DNA of 64,000 bases from contig CAWDYC010000007.1 in NCBI GenBank assembly GCA_963806535.1, forward strand, positions 288,001 through 352,000, read 5' to 3'. The translations under genes and the position numbers were made by a program. Positions 40,470-51,437 of the stretch are shown piece by piece; the stretch's first letter is position 1; every line of letters starts with the position of its first letter. The stretch comes from Candidatus Bathyarchaeota archaeon. GTDB lineage: Archaea; Thermoproteota; Bathyarchaeia; Bathyarchaeales; Bathycorpusculaceae. The notes under the pieces are model-generated. The model did no database searches, was not told where the DNA came from, and saw only the letters and a list, made by a program, of their open reading frames with translations.

Positions 40470-43229
40470 TTATGGTCGTTTTCTAAGCATTAAGACGCCA
40501 ATTATAACCATTACAATGATTATGGCGATTGCTGCACCGACAATGTATGTCATTAGGTCTGTTGTTGTTGCAACGTTTGCTTGAGCTGTAACGGTTGGTA
40601 CGGTTGCTACTGCAGCACTTGCGTAGAAGGCTGTTGAAGCCGATGATGGATAGTATGAGTTTGATCCAGCGAAGTTTGCGATGACTGTATAGTTGCCTGG
40701 AATATCCGGTGTCCAAGTTAGACTGTAGGTACCATAGATGTTGCTCGTGGTTGTGCCGATTTCTCTGAAATTGTTGTTGGAGTCAAGTACACTGATGGTA
40801 ACAGGAACACCCGTAGCATTAGTTGGCAGTGGCTGGTCTTGGTAGACGTATTCCATCCATTTGCTCTGGCTTGCGTCAGAAACACATGGAAGCCCATTGG
40901 GGAAGTTCTTCTCAACCTGAGACTGCTGTGAACCCGCAGAAACATCCGTAACAGTACCTGTGATGGTTATCGGTGTAGTGGTGGATACTCCAACGCTTGG
41001 CGCATTAACAGTTAGAGAGGTTGGACCCTTAGCGTAGGCATAGATTTGGTTGTCATATTGATTTAGCGTCACCAGGGTGTTGTATGCAATAGCTGAAGCC
41101 ATCACATCCTGACCCAATTCATTCCAGATCAACTGTCCATCTGTCAAGTTTAAAGCTATCATCTGTGCACCGTGGAACAGCGGCGGATCATACATGTGAC
41201 CAATTGTAAAGTATCCAACGTCTTTAGTGTAAACATTGTTGCACCATTGCCATATTGGCCAAATACCATAAGGCGATTCGATACCCGGGTTGCCGATGAG
41301 AGTTGTAGTATTTGTGTACCAGAGTTGCTTTCCTGTCGCTGGATTTATAGCCCATATGTCTCCGCCGAAACTGCTAATTATCAACTTACCGTTTGCTATT
41401 CCCGTAAAACTAGTGCCGCCTAAAGTACCGTATATGTTTGGCGTTCCGTCACCGTATGGAGTTTGAAGAGTTGCTGTCCACACTTTGGCGCCAGTTGTCA
41501 GATCGATAGCATCGCATTCCCAAGTGACATAGTCGACATAGATCATGAATCCGTCTATAGTATACGCTGTATATCTCGTAAATGGCGCCAAGGACTTATA
41601 TTCTGGGTAGGTAAAGTTCTTGCACATCACCATGTTGCCGGTGTCTTGATCCATGCTAGCTAAAACCATATATCCCGGTGATTGGTTCGACCCGTGAAGT
41701 TCGCCTGAATCCAAAATTATGACGTTTCCAGTGAGTTCATTGTTGCCGTAGCCTGTAAATGAGAGAGCGGGGCTTATGGGTACGCCTGAAATGTTTGTAG
41801 GTATTGGTTGTGCCCACATTAATGCAGTATCAAAGTCAACAGCGGTGTTCAGCGTTGGTGACCATCCCCAACCATTGCCAATTGCCTGCGTCATGTTGAA
41901 GCAGCACAAGACAGGAGTATTAATATTTACCACTTCTTTAAGCTGTGGTCCCGCAAATGCGCTAGATCCAGGTTCATAGATACTCTGGGTGCCGCCAACA
42001 GTGCTGTTAACGTAGTAGCCTATCAAGTTTCCATTTGCGTCAGATTTTAATGTCGGAGTTGCACCCATGGCCATAGGTATTGAACTGTTTACAACGCTAA
42101 GGACATACTTGCCAGTTGTAGCGGAAAATAGGTTGAATTGTACTCCAACGCTAACAATAGAGTTTCCACCGGTTTCGGATGCAGAAAGAGTACCAGTAGT
42201 CCAGAGGTAGGGACCAATTGCACCGTAAGAGTTAGCTGTTTTATATTGAGTAATCATGCCGCATAGCAACGTGGAAGTGGTGTTTATTATGAAGTCAGTT
42301 TGACCAGTGAATAGGTCAGTGCAAACAATGCCATTTGAGTAACCTGTGGTCTCCGGATACCATTGGGCATAAAGCTTGCCGTCCATTATCACTGGCGCAA
42401 ATTGTTCCCAGTATTGCCGAGTAGTCCAGTAACTGCCTGTCACTTCATTTCCTCCTGCATCACCGCCAACTACGCCACCCGGACCCCAAGGTTTCGTCCA
42501 GAGAACGTGACCAGACATTACTGAGTCGGTGAATGGATTGCAAGTGCTTGTGGCATTGTAAAGTCCACATTCTGTCCCGCCTGAAAGTGTTCCAGTCCCA
42601 AGCCATGGACCCATAATCTGGTACCATTCTTGCACGTTTTCCGCGCTAACGGGAGTCTCCCAATAGCTTGTTGGAAGTGGAGTTATAGGATATGCAGTTT
42701 GGGTTATCGGGTCCTGTTGTACTGTCAGTGTATAGGGTTTGCTTTCACTGGGTAGCATTTTAAGGTCTCCGTATCCCATGCCGAACATAGTCTGTGTTGT
42801 TGTTTGCCCACCATAGAAGAATTGGAATGTCCAGTTGCCAACTTTGTCTGGAGCAAAGTCGAAGTGTGAACCGCCGGATGGATCGCCTGCATAGGGACCC
42901 TTTGTTTGAGTATTGCCATTTGGATCCGTGATTTCAACTGTCATGTTCGTTGGTCCTTCGCCTGATTGAATTGCTGTTGCCAAGAAAAAGTTGACGTTGA
43001 CTGTTTGACCGACACCAATGGGGTTTGGAGCTACGTTAATGAGTGCATAAGTCGGAATTTGCGTTCCCGCCGCGAAGTATGTGTCACCATGTACCGAGGG
43101 TAAAATCATACTGCTGGCCATCAAGAATACGAGTAGTATTGCCGCGATTGCTGCGAATGCTTTTTTTGAAATTTTGGTTTTTTGTTTTGCAGAAATTTCA
43201 TCTCTAATTTTATTGAATTTATTTGACAT
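40470..43229 (-). CDS. Secreted PQQ-like beta-propeller surface protein with C-terminal TM anchor
   Basis: Signal peptide, repeats such as AIDLTTGAKVW and AINPATGKQLW, Ig-like domains, TM followed by RKRP. Confidence 0.88.
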   Translation of the reverse strand: MSNKFNKIRDEISAKQKTKISKKAFAAIAAILLVFLMASSMILPSVHGDTYFAAGTQIPTYALINVAPNPIGVGQTVNVNFFLATAIQSGEGPTNMTVEITDPNGNTQTKGPYAGDPSGGSHFDFAPDKVGNWTFQFFYGGQTTTQTMFGMGYGDLKMLPSESKPYTLTVQQDPITQTAYPITPLPTSYWETPVSAENVQEWYQIMGPWLGTGTLSGGTECGLYNATSTCNPFTDSVMSGHVLWTKPWGPGGVVGGDAGGNEVTGSYWTTRQYWEQFAPVIMDGKLYAQWYPETTGYSNGIVCTDLFTGQTDFIINTTSTLLCGMITQYKTANSYGAIGPYLWTTGTLSASETGGNSIVSVGVQFNLFSATTGKYVLSVVNSSIPMAMGATPTLKSDANGNLIGYYVNSTVGGTQSIYEPGSSAFAGPQLKEVVNINTPVLCCFNMTQAIGNGWGWSPTLNTAVDFDTALMWAQPIPTNISGVPISPALSFTGYGNNELTGNVIILDSGELHGSNQSPGYMVLASMDQDTGNMVMCKNFTYPEYKSLAPFTRYTAYTIDGFMIYVDYVTWECDAIDLTTGAKVWTATLQTPYGDGTPNIYGTLGGTSFTGIANGKLIISSFGGDIWAINPATGKQLWYTNTTTLIGNPGIESPYGIWPIWQWCNNVYTKDVGYFTIGHMYDPPLFHGAQMIALNLTDGQLIWNELGQDVMASAIAYNTLVTLNQYDNQIYAYAKGPTSLTVNAPSVGVSTTTPITITGTVTDVSAGSQQSQVEKNFPNGLPCVSDASQSKWMEYVYQDQPLPTNATGVPVTISVLDSNNNFREIGTTTSNIYGTYSLTWTPDIPGNYTVIANFAGSNSYYPSSASTAFYASAAVATVPTVTAQANVATTTDLMTYIVGAAIAIIIVMVIIGVLMLRKRP

Positions 43230-43319
43230 TTTTTTCTTTCCTTAATTTTTAAACGGAAAGTAAAGCAAATGTTCACTTTTCGTGGGGAAAACATCCTTTA
43301 AAATAACTTTTAAAATATA

Positions 43320-43339
43320 GCAGTCAGACAGCCGACTAC
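43320..43339. promoter_or_regulatory. Imperfect inverted repeat GCAGTCAG-N4-CCGACTAC
   Basis: Lies directly upstream of the AT-rich TATA region of the beta-propeller gene. Confidence 0.4.
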
Positions 43340-43991
43340 CAACCTTATTTACTGTAAAAGCTAACGCTTTAGCCATGAATAACATTCAGGAAATTGTTTA
43401 AAGCATTACTAAGATGGGCACAAAATTGATTGAAATCTGAAGAACACAATACTTGAAACAGTATCGTCCGATAACATTAGCAAAATGAATAAAATTATCA
43501 TAATCACATCCAAGATAATTAAACACACTTTCGCTATGAAGCGTAGTGCCTGCGCAGGTTAAATCAACATTTTGAACTAAGCTTTTTGCCACTAACAAAA
43601 GCCCTAAACGCCAACTTGGCTTATAAAAATTAATGAGATTATGATTTTCAAGATGTAGTTTAATATAAAATCAAGAGATTTATGTAATAAATGAAGTAAG
43701 GATCAGGATACTCAATTTCGGATGGATTGAAGCAGATTTAAGAAAATTCAAGTTGCCCTGTCAGTATATATTAACTTTTTAAGTTAAGACTAATTACTCT
43801 CATCGCTAAGCGATATTTCATATCCAAACCAATTGGTTTATATTAGGCTGATTTACAACATTTAAAAGTTAGTGTTTTTGAAATCACTTTACCTTTCTTT
43901 GCGCCTAAAATACTTATTAAGAAATATTTTTGATAATTACTTGATTTATTGAAAAAACTTAAAAGCAATTTGTATGAAATAATGCGGAGGG

Positions 43992-44783
43992 TTGAAAAAG
44001 ATGCAGTTTCAAGAGGAGCCAATTCACACGCTCGTCAACTTGGAACTCACAGTTTTGCAAGCAAAAGTCTACATTGCCCTAGCCAAATCAGGGACCTCAA
44101 CAGGAAGAACAACGGCAAAAGCAGCAAAAGTAGCTCCACAAGACGTTTACCGAGTACTCTCTGAGCTCCAAGAGAAAGGTCTTGTTGAAAAAATAATAAC
44201 CAAACCAACAATGTATAAAGCCACTCCAATTAATCTAGGCTTATCTATGCTACTTCAAAACAAAAAAAGAGAATACATAGAAACAGAAAAGCAAGTAAAA
44301 AAGATGTCTAATAATTTTTGTGAAAACAAAAACCAAAATATTCTGAACGAAAATGAACAATTTCTCATTACTTCGGAGTTTACTCTTCTTTCAAAAATGC
44401 ACGACAAATTGGCTGACGCGACCAAAAAAAGTATTGATTTCGTGTGTCTTATGGGACTTAGTGATAAAATTTTATTTGAAACTTTCAAGTACCTCAAGAG
44501 GGCGACAAGGAGAGGTATAAGAATTAGAGTTATCTCACCGAAAGTTATTGTAGACACAATTGCCGAGAATCCAAAGCCTTTTTTGAAAAATTCTGTCTTT
44601 GAACACAGATATTTTAATGATAAAACTGTTCCGTTTGGAATGCATATATTTGATAAACAAGAAGTGACTCTAATGGTATCCGAAAAAAAGCCTATGCCTA
44701 GCTTATCGACCAAAAATGTTAATGTGCTAAAATTAGCAGAAGTTTATTTTGAAACGGCATGGGATAATGCTCAAACAAATTAA
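43992..44783 (+). CDS. TrmB-family transcriptional regulator
   Basis: LTVLQAKVYIAL...DVYRVLSELQEKGLVE...KP; C-terminal YFETAW. Confidence 0.9.
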   Translation: MKKMQFQEEPIHTLVNLELTVLQAKVYIALAKSGTSTGRTTAKAAKVAPQDVYRVLSELQEKGLVEKIITKPTMYKATPINLGLSMLLQNKKREYIETEKQVKKMSNNFCENKNQNILNENEQFLITSEFTLLSKMHDKLADATKKSIDFVCLMGLSDKILFETFKYLKRATRRGIRIRVISPKVIVDTIAENPKPFLKNSVFEHRYFNDKTVPFGMHIFDKQEVTLMVSEKKPMPSLSTKNVNVLKLAEVYFETAWDNAQTN

Positions 44784-45059
44784 GAACAGTTATTAACACA
44801 CTCTCAGCCTTGAAAGATATTTTTAGTAACAGCGCTAAATATTTTGCTTGTCAATTTTGCACACGCTGAAAAATGCCAAATTAAATTCAAGTGAAAAGTA
44901 TGTTAATTGAAAAGAAAGATACACTTTTACTGTACCCTCCTCTGCTTCAAACAGTCGTTTCTATGGATGATATAAAAGCTCAAACTTACCAATTTGATCC
45001 CTTCACTCAGAAATACAATCAATTACAACCATAATCAAGTTTAAGAAAATGGAAATCAG

Positions 45060-45383
45060 ATGGCCAAGGAATCATTTATGTCAGAAAATCAAGAAAATGA
45101 TGAAGATCTCATAAAAACCGAAAGGGAAATAATGGCAAACCTAAAGCAAATGTTCAATGATCAAGCACTTTCAACTATGGAAAAAGTTCGTGTTGCTAAT
45201 GCTCTTGCTTATCACGCTGTTATTCTAAATAAACTCCAATCCAAGAAAAATGAAGAATCACAATTTGATGAAGATACTTTAGGCGATTTTATTGCAGGAG
45301 TACATTATGCCAATGGACCGATGCGGAGACGGATTAGGAGGGATTTTAGAAATTGGACGAGAAGACTTTCATCGACAAGGTAA
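45060..45383 (+). CDS. Hypothetical helical protein, putative terminase small subunit
   Basis: Overlaps the terL start; call rests on position only. Confidence 0.45.
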   Translation: MAKESFMSENQENDEDLIKTEREIMANLKQMFNDQALSTMEKVRVANALAYHAVILNKLQSKKNEESQFDEDTLGDFIAGVHYANGPMRRRIRRDFRNWTRRLSSTR

Positions 45384-46825
45384 CAAACGATATAGAGTTT
45401 GCAGCTTCGGTATGCGAGGGTTTGTTACAGAAGCCTAAAGCCCTTAGACAATTGATAGCTCATAAAGAAGTAACTGAGAAACTTGTTCAGGATCCTGTTT
45501 TTTTCGCGGTTTTGATGTGTGGTGATAAATGGCTTGCTCATGCACCGGAGCATCAAAAGCTTCTTCGAGAAAATAGTTCGAAGCAGGTTGCGGTTTGTGG
45601 GAGAGGATGGGGTAAGAGTTTGGTATTTAGCAGAAAAAATCTCTGGTTGCTATTCACCAAACCCAAAATTGAGAGTCTAATCATTAGCAGCACCCAACGT
45701 CAGTCGATGATCATGTTTGATTATTGTTTCTCGACCACTATGGCTAATCCTTTATTGAGAGAGATGATTCAAAAGCGAGGAACCTCGCGCACTGTAATAA
45801 TGGTAAAATCACCGTTAGGTGGAAGACTCATTGCCTTACCATGTTCAAAAGACAGGCTTAGAGGATATCATCCTAATTACATTTTCATTGATGAGGCATC
45901 AATTGTTCCGAGCGAAATGATAACAAGCGAAATAATGATGATGCTAACAAAACCCAATGCTTGCCTTGTTATGAGTGGTACACCAATGAGCTCGGATCAT
46001 GTTTTTCGCAAAGCCTTTTTGGATACACAACGTTACAGCGTCCATCATTACGCAAGCTATCAAAGTCCTCTTGTCAGCCAGAAAGAACTTGATGAATGGA
46101 AAGAGGTAATGACGCAGGAAGAATGGCAAAGAGAAGTTGAAGGCTTATGGGTAGAATCGACACACACTTTCTTCCCAATTAACCTGATTGTCTCTTGCGT
46201 AGATGCCGATTTAGGGAACCCTGACTCGCCTAACGCCTACATCGAAGAGATAGAAAATACGAAACCGGGACAACTTGAGGGACCATATTATGCAGGGTTA
46301 GATTTAGGCAAACAAATTGATTACAGCGTATTAGTTGTTGTGAAAAGATTTGATACGGGCGAGATACGAGTGGTGCACAAACGCCAGCTTCCACTAGGCA
46401 CTAATTATCCAGAAGTCATCGGATACGTCGCTAGGGCAAACCAAGTGTTCCACTTCGAAAGATTAAGTGTGGATAAGGGTGGGATAGGCGATGCGATCGT
46501 TGATGAGCTTGACAGAATTAGAATGTTTGGCGTTGAAGGGGTATTCTTTACTGATACAGAAAAAGAAAACATGTTAAACAACCTTAAGCTTCTGATGGAA
46601 AAGAAATTGCTTAGAATAATTGGGGATGACAAGGCGTTGATTGCGCAGATGAATGAGCAACAGTATGAGTATTTGCAGCCTAAAACGGCTCAAGAGCGAA
46701 TTCACTTAAAGTTTTGGCATCCGCAGGGGAAACATGATGATCAGTTGATGGCTTTGGCGTTAGCTTGCCGATCAGCTTCTCAAGCAGCACCACCGGGCAG
46801 AGGCGTCTTTTTTATTCAACACTAA
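45353..46825 (+). CDS. terL: Phage-type terminase large subunit
   Basis: Q motif (EHQ), Walker A GRGWGKS, Walker B YIFIDEA, motif III SGTP, nuclease GLDLG / VDKGG / HDD. Confidence 0.9.
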   Translation: MDEKTFIDKVTNDIEFAASVCEGLLQKPKALRQLIAHKEVTEKLVQDPVFFAVLMCGDKWLAHAPEHQKLLRENSSKQVAVCGRGWGKSLVFSRKNLWLLFTKPKIESLIISSTQRQSMIMFDYCFSTTMANPLLREMIQKRGTSRTVIMVKSPLGGRLIALPCSKDRLRGYHPNYIFIDEASIVPSEMITSEIMMMLTKPNACLVMSGTPMSSDHVFRKAFLDTQRYSVHHYASYQSPLVSQKELDEWKEVMTQEEWQREVEGLWVESTHTFFPINLIVSCVDADLGNPDSPNAYIEEIENTKPGQLEGPYYAGLDLGKQIDYSVLVVVKRFDTGEIRVVHKRQLPLGTNYPEVIGYVARANQVFHFERLSVDKGGIGDAIVDELDRIRMFGVEGVFFTDTEKENMLNNLKLLMEKKLLRIIGDDKALIAQMNEQQYEYLQPKTAQERIHLKFWHPQGKHDDQLMALALACRSASQAAPPGRGVFFIQH

Positions 46826-46899
46826 AATTTTCTCGAACCTGCTCACTTTCAAGTTAGATTTCTTGTCCCTAAGAAAAGCGGTTTAAGGGTTAGGTTGAT

Positions 46900-47768
46900 T
46901 TGTTGCGCGGCTATTCTCTCTTATTGATGACGAAACGTAAGTTTGATTTAACCTACTCAGCAGAAAAAATCTGGAACAAAGATTTGTTTATATTTGTAAA
47001 TCATAAAGTGGCAACTCTTTGCTGGGCCATTTTAAAAGTAAAGACGGAACTCTGCGATGTTATAACTTTTGATAGTCATCGAGATTACCGCGACGGAGTA
47101 ATTCTTCAGAGAGAAGCAACAATGGAATCACTAACGTTACCTTTGGAAAAGCGATGTTTGTCTTCGATGTATTACCAAGATGTTGCTTTCCCTCATTTCA
47201 CAACTTCCAAAGAATTCATGAATTGGAACCCGCTTGATGAACAGCAAAACAATGAGAGAATTGCGAAGGAACAAAAATACTTCAGCCCAAATAATGATAA
47301 TTTCATAGATGTAGCTTTTATGAAAGGCTTGGTCAACAACGTTTGTTGCTATTACCTCCACACGAGAAACCAAACAGACTCCGGAAAATGCGATGATGTT
47401 TTTGGGAAAAACCATTTCTTTGAAATGAGACATATCGACAATTTCAGAAAACCCAAACGCAATAGAAAATTTATTCTTGATATTGACCTGGACTTCTTCG
47501 CAAACTTTGACTATGAATCGGACCATCCAGAATTCGTTATTATTCCAAAATCTGATCTGAACAAATACTTCAGTTTAATGAAATCTTTAGGTCAACAAGA
47601 AAATTGTGCAGGCATAACCTTGGCGCTGGAACCTGATTGCTACGGTTCAGAAGAAAACGCTTGACAGTATGCAAGTATTTTTCAGAAGTCTCCGACAAAG
47701 ACATCATGTCTGTTTCTAGACATCACCTAACAGTAAATCATCAGATGCACTATGAAAATGGCAGCTAA
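46900..47768 (+). CDS. UPF0489-family protein (probable frameshift near 47660)
   Basis: NH, ITFDSHRD, DNFI, ILDIDLDFF. Confidence 0.7.
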
Positions 47769-47794
47769 TTTGGTTCGTTTCTCTGCGATTTGTT

Positions 47795-48133
47795 CTAAGG
47801 TTTATTTTTCAAAGTTTCTTCTATATCCAGCCGTAGATCGGCATTACCTATGTGAGGCAAGAGTTGCAGTAGGCGGCCTCGTGTGCTTGTCTCTTTTTGG
47901 TCGCCAAGGTTAACCCAGTACCGTCCTTCTTTTAGCCATGTTAACATGACCCGGGCTTCAGCCTCGGCGTTTTCCGTTTTAACTGCTGATGGAAAAACAA
48001 GTCCATAATCTACGGCGGCAGTCATAAATTTTTCAAAGGCTGCGGTAAGGGTGTAGCCGTTTTTTGATGCTAATTGTTGGAAATTACTGTATATTTGTTG
48101 GTTGAACCTGAAAGATTTAAGAGTTTTTGGCAT
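47795..48133 (-). CDS. Ribbon-helix-helix DNA-binding protein
   Basis: KSFRFNQQIYSNFQQLASKNGYTLTAAFEKFM. Confidence 0.65.
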   Translation of the reverse strand: MPKTLKSFRFNQQIYSNFQQLASKNGYTLTAAFEKFMTAAVDYGLVFPSAVKTENAEAEARVMLTWLKEGRYWVNLGDQKETSTRGRLLQLLPHIGNADLRLDIEETLKNKP

Positions 48134-48142
48134 AACCTTCAC

Positions 48143-48156
48143 TTTGTATATACAAA
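48143..48156. promoter_or_regulatory. Perfect 14-bp palindrome TTTGTATATACAAA, candidate RHH operator
   Basis: About 10 nt upstream of the RHH ATG; related GTATA half-sites at 48171 and 48221. Confidence 0.55.
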
Positions 48157-48285
48157 TGTACTGACAAAACGTATATATTTTTACCTATCGGTAGGTAGTG
48201 AAAAAAAATTTAAAAAATCCGTATACAAAAGCATCAACAAAACACAGAAATTCTAGTAAAACTGGATCTGCAATTATCTTCATTC

Positions 48286-49548
48286 TTAGGGTTGAAGATC
48301 GGAAAGTCTAATCGATAGAAAGGGAATAATCATTTCTTCGCTTGTCATGCCGCCATGAGTTCCTAGCATTGGATGATATCTATCATCTTCAAAAAAAGGA
48401 TAATTCAATGCGTTGTCCTTGAGGCCTAAAGCTGTGAAATCTCCAATCTTTTCTATAAGCCCGTCGGAATTTGTCGTCTTCCCGAAAACACCCTTATTGA
48501 TTAGTTCGCTGGAAGAGAAAAGCTTGAAGCCTGCAATATTTTTTCGGAAAGCTTCGGCTAACGCATCTTGTTGGTTGGGCTTTGAGAAAAGAAATGCTGA
48601 TCTACTATCACCAACTGGCGGGAGCATTAGTCGAGAAAACACTTCATGAACATCTTTAAGATAGATTGTTTTCTGTGTTTCTGCTACTCCATGATCAGCT
48701 GTCAAGAGCATCAGGGTTTCTTTTTTTGTTTTCTCAGAGAGGTTACTGATGAAGTTCTTCAGATTATGCTCGATTGATGTTAATTCAAATGTTACTTCAT
48801 CTGAGTATGGTCCATATCTGTGAGATAGAGTGTCAACGCCGCTGTAGTAGATGATTAGTAGAGTTGGACCTTGCTTTTCGAGTTCTCTGGCTGATTGCGT
48901 GAACATGTCAGAGCTCAGCGAGTAAGGTATTAACTTTAGATCTTTATGTATAATCTGGGACAAGCCGCTTCCAGCAATGGATGCTCGAGTCGTAACTAAC
49001 GTTTTTACTCCCTGTTGCTCTAAAATAGGCAGCCAAGGCTTAACGGTACTAGAAAAATCTTTAGCCAACTCAACTTGTCCGCTGTACCCGTAAACTGGCT
49101 TCATGTCCAAAGTATCAAAAACCAAACCATATTTTTTAGAAAACATGTGGTAGCCTAGGATTTGATGTTGAGCAGGTGATAGTGTGGTGAATATGCTTGT
49201 TAAAACAGTTGAGGTTGTTGCGGGAAAAACTGTGGTTAAAGGTTTAAGCGACCCTTTTTCAGCCAACTCTATGAAAGTTCCATTGTGGCTTTCTAGATGA
49301 TGCAATAAGCGATTGTATCCTATTCCATCGAAAATAAACAAAACAACTTTGTCAACGTTTTGGGAATTGCCAAAATACTCCTGTGGAAAACTGGGTGAGC
49401 CAAAAGAGTCTACACCAAGAATTGAGCCAATTTGAGGCAAAACATTCTTGACACTAAGCTTTTGGTAGTCTGGCAGAACAAAATCTTCAGCAAAAGCCAT
49501 TTGCTTTGAAAGAGTCTGCATGTGCTCCCTAAAAACGTCAGTTCTCAT
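48286..49548 (-). CDS. Alkaline phosphatase superfamily (nucleotide pyrophosphatase/phosphodiesterase)
   Basis: FDGIG, TVFPATT, DTLSH, TADHG, GTHGG. Confidence 0.9.
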   Translation of the reverse strand: MRTDVFREHMQTLSKQMAFAEDFVLPDYQKLSVKNVLPQIGSILGVDSFGSPSFPQEYFGNSQNVDKVVLFIFDGIGYNRLLHHLESHNGTFIELAEKGSLKPLTTVFPATTSTVLTSIFTTLSPAQHQILGYHMFSKKYGLVFDTLDMKPVYGYSGQVELAKDFSSTVKPWLPILEQQGVKTLVTTRASIAGSGLSQIIHKDLKLIPYSLSSDMFTQSARELEKQGPTLLIIYYSGVDTLSHRYGPYSDEVTFELTSIEHNLKNFISNLSEKTKKETLMLLTADHGVAETQKTIYLKDVHEVFSRLMLPPVGDSRSAFLFSKPNQQDALAEAFRKNIAGFKLFSSSELINKGVFGKTTNSDGLIEKIGDFTALGLKDNALNYPFFEDDRYHPMLGTHGGMTSEEMIIPFLSIRLSDLQP

Positions 49549-49644
49549 TATGCTCTGTGAAATATTAATTCAGTTAAGAGATATTAACTTTGAACTCTAC
49601 AAATTGATCCTCGGAAAGATTTTACAATTTTGAAAAGGAACAGA

Positions 49645-50449
49645 TTATCCTATCTGAAAGGCTCGCATGGAAACTGAGCCGTTTTGAAAGCCTTCATGGA
49701 TAAATTTCAAGGATCTCTCCTTTTTTTTGAAGCCCAATTGCGTAAATCATTGGTAGATAATGATCCGAGGTGGGCACGGCATAAAGTGCCTCTTTTCCTA
49801 ACTCAAGGTAGTTGATAAGGTCTTTGTGATTTCCTGAAACCAGCATTGTTTCACTTTCTCGTCAAATTTCACAGCCCAATCGAACGGTTTAGCGTCAACG
49901 TCAAAATCAATAAGCCCCAGGTTGTGAACGATGTTTCCGCTTCCGATAATCAGAACGCCTTTCTCTCTTAGAGGTGCAAGCTCTGAAGCTAACTTGTAAT
50001 GGAACTCTAATGATTTTAGGTTTCCAATTGTTGTAGGGCGAGTAGTCTAGACTCATCTCAAAAACTGGAACGTCAGCGGCTGGATACATATGTTTCAAGA
50101 CAGCCCAAGCAGCATGATCTAACCCCCAGTTTCCGCATTTTATCTGTGTCGACTTTGCCGTTTTGATTGCTAACTGAGCATTTTCTGGTGAGCCAGGACT
50201 TGGATAACTCATTTTGTATAATTCGTCTGGAAAACCGTAGAAGTCGTAGATTGTTTTTGGTTTTTCAACGCATGTTACGTATGTGCCGTTTGTCAACCAA
50301 TGAGCCGATACTACAAGTATTGCTTTGGGCTTAGGCAGCTCTTTAGCGGCTTTAACGAGGCTTTCGGTATAGCTGTTATGAAGAACTATGTTCATTGGCG
50401 AACCATGACCAACGAAGAGAACAGGCATAATCTTGGACGAAGTTGTCAT
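49645..50449 (-). CDS. ygiD: 4,5-DOPA extradiol dioxygenase-like (frameshifted)
   Basis: FVGHGSPMN, SAHW, YDFYGFP, GLDH; GSGNIVHN and HYLP in the second frame. Confidence 0.88.
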
Positions 50450-50584
50450 TCACATCGACCTCACTTTAATCTCAAAAATGTATTGTCGTCGTCAATGTTA
50501 AAGAGTTTGTACATTGTCACAAGGGGCAGCCAAAAAAACATTAAAAGCTTAATATAGATTAAGTTCACGCTATTTTACTGAGAG

Positions 50585-51437
50585 TTGGAATTATTGTTCA
50601 AAAGCGTGGGAATAATCGCCCGCTACGATAAAAAACCTGCTTTAAAGCTTACAGAAGAGCTAGCGGAGTATCTTACAAAGAAAGGATTGAAAGTTTACAT
50701 CGAAGATACTCTAGCAGGAAAAATCTGCCACCCAAGAAGAAATGATTCCTCTCTCAAAAATGAAAACTGACTTCTTAATAACAATCGGCGGCGACGGAAC
50801 AATTCTACGAACATGCATAGGCCTAGCTAAGCCTGAACCGCCAATTTTAGCAATAAACATGGGACTCCGAGGATTCCTAACCGAAGCTGAACCCAAAAAC
50901 GCTTTTGAAGCTGTAGATAAAATTCTCAAAGGCAACTACAAAATAGAAAAATGCGCAAAACTGTCGGTAATAGCAGGCGAAGAAACATTACCTGATGCCT
51001 TAAATGATGTAGTGATTTCTGCAGGTGAACCATCAAAAATACTTTACACTCAAATATGCAAAGATGGCAAACCGATTCTCAATTGCCAAGCAGACGGCTT
51101 AATTGTAGCAACAGAAACAGGTTCTACCGGCTATTCTTTTTCAGCAGGTGGACCAGTTTTAGACCCAGCGGTTAGGCGCTTTCGTGGTTACCCCTATCTG
51201 CTCGTTAACAGTTTTCCATTCACTTGTTTTCCCAGCCAACTCCACTATCACTTTCAATGTGAGTCAAAGCAGAGGAAATTCTTGTTCTCATTGATGGAAA
51301 GTACCGTAAACAGATAAACTGTAAAGAACCAACCTTAGAAGGTCACGGTATCCAAAAATGTAACATCTTTCATACGGTTTGAAACTGACTTTTACGACCG
51401 ATTGAAAAGTCGGTTACTTTTTAAGGGAACGGAATGA
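50585..51437 (+). CDS. nadK: NAD kinase (frameshifted)
   Basis: GGDGTIL, ALND, ADGLIVAT.TGSTGY..SAGGP. Confidence 0.92.

Noticed and set aside
43398-43598. 66-aa ORF in the propeller/TrmB intergenic region
   Set aside because: No recognisable motif or RBS
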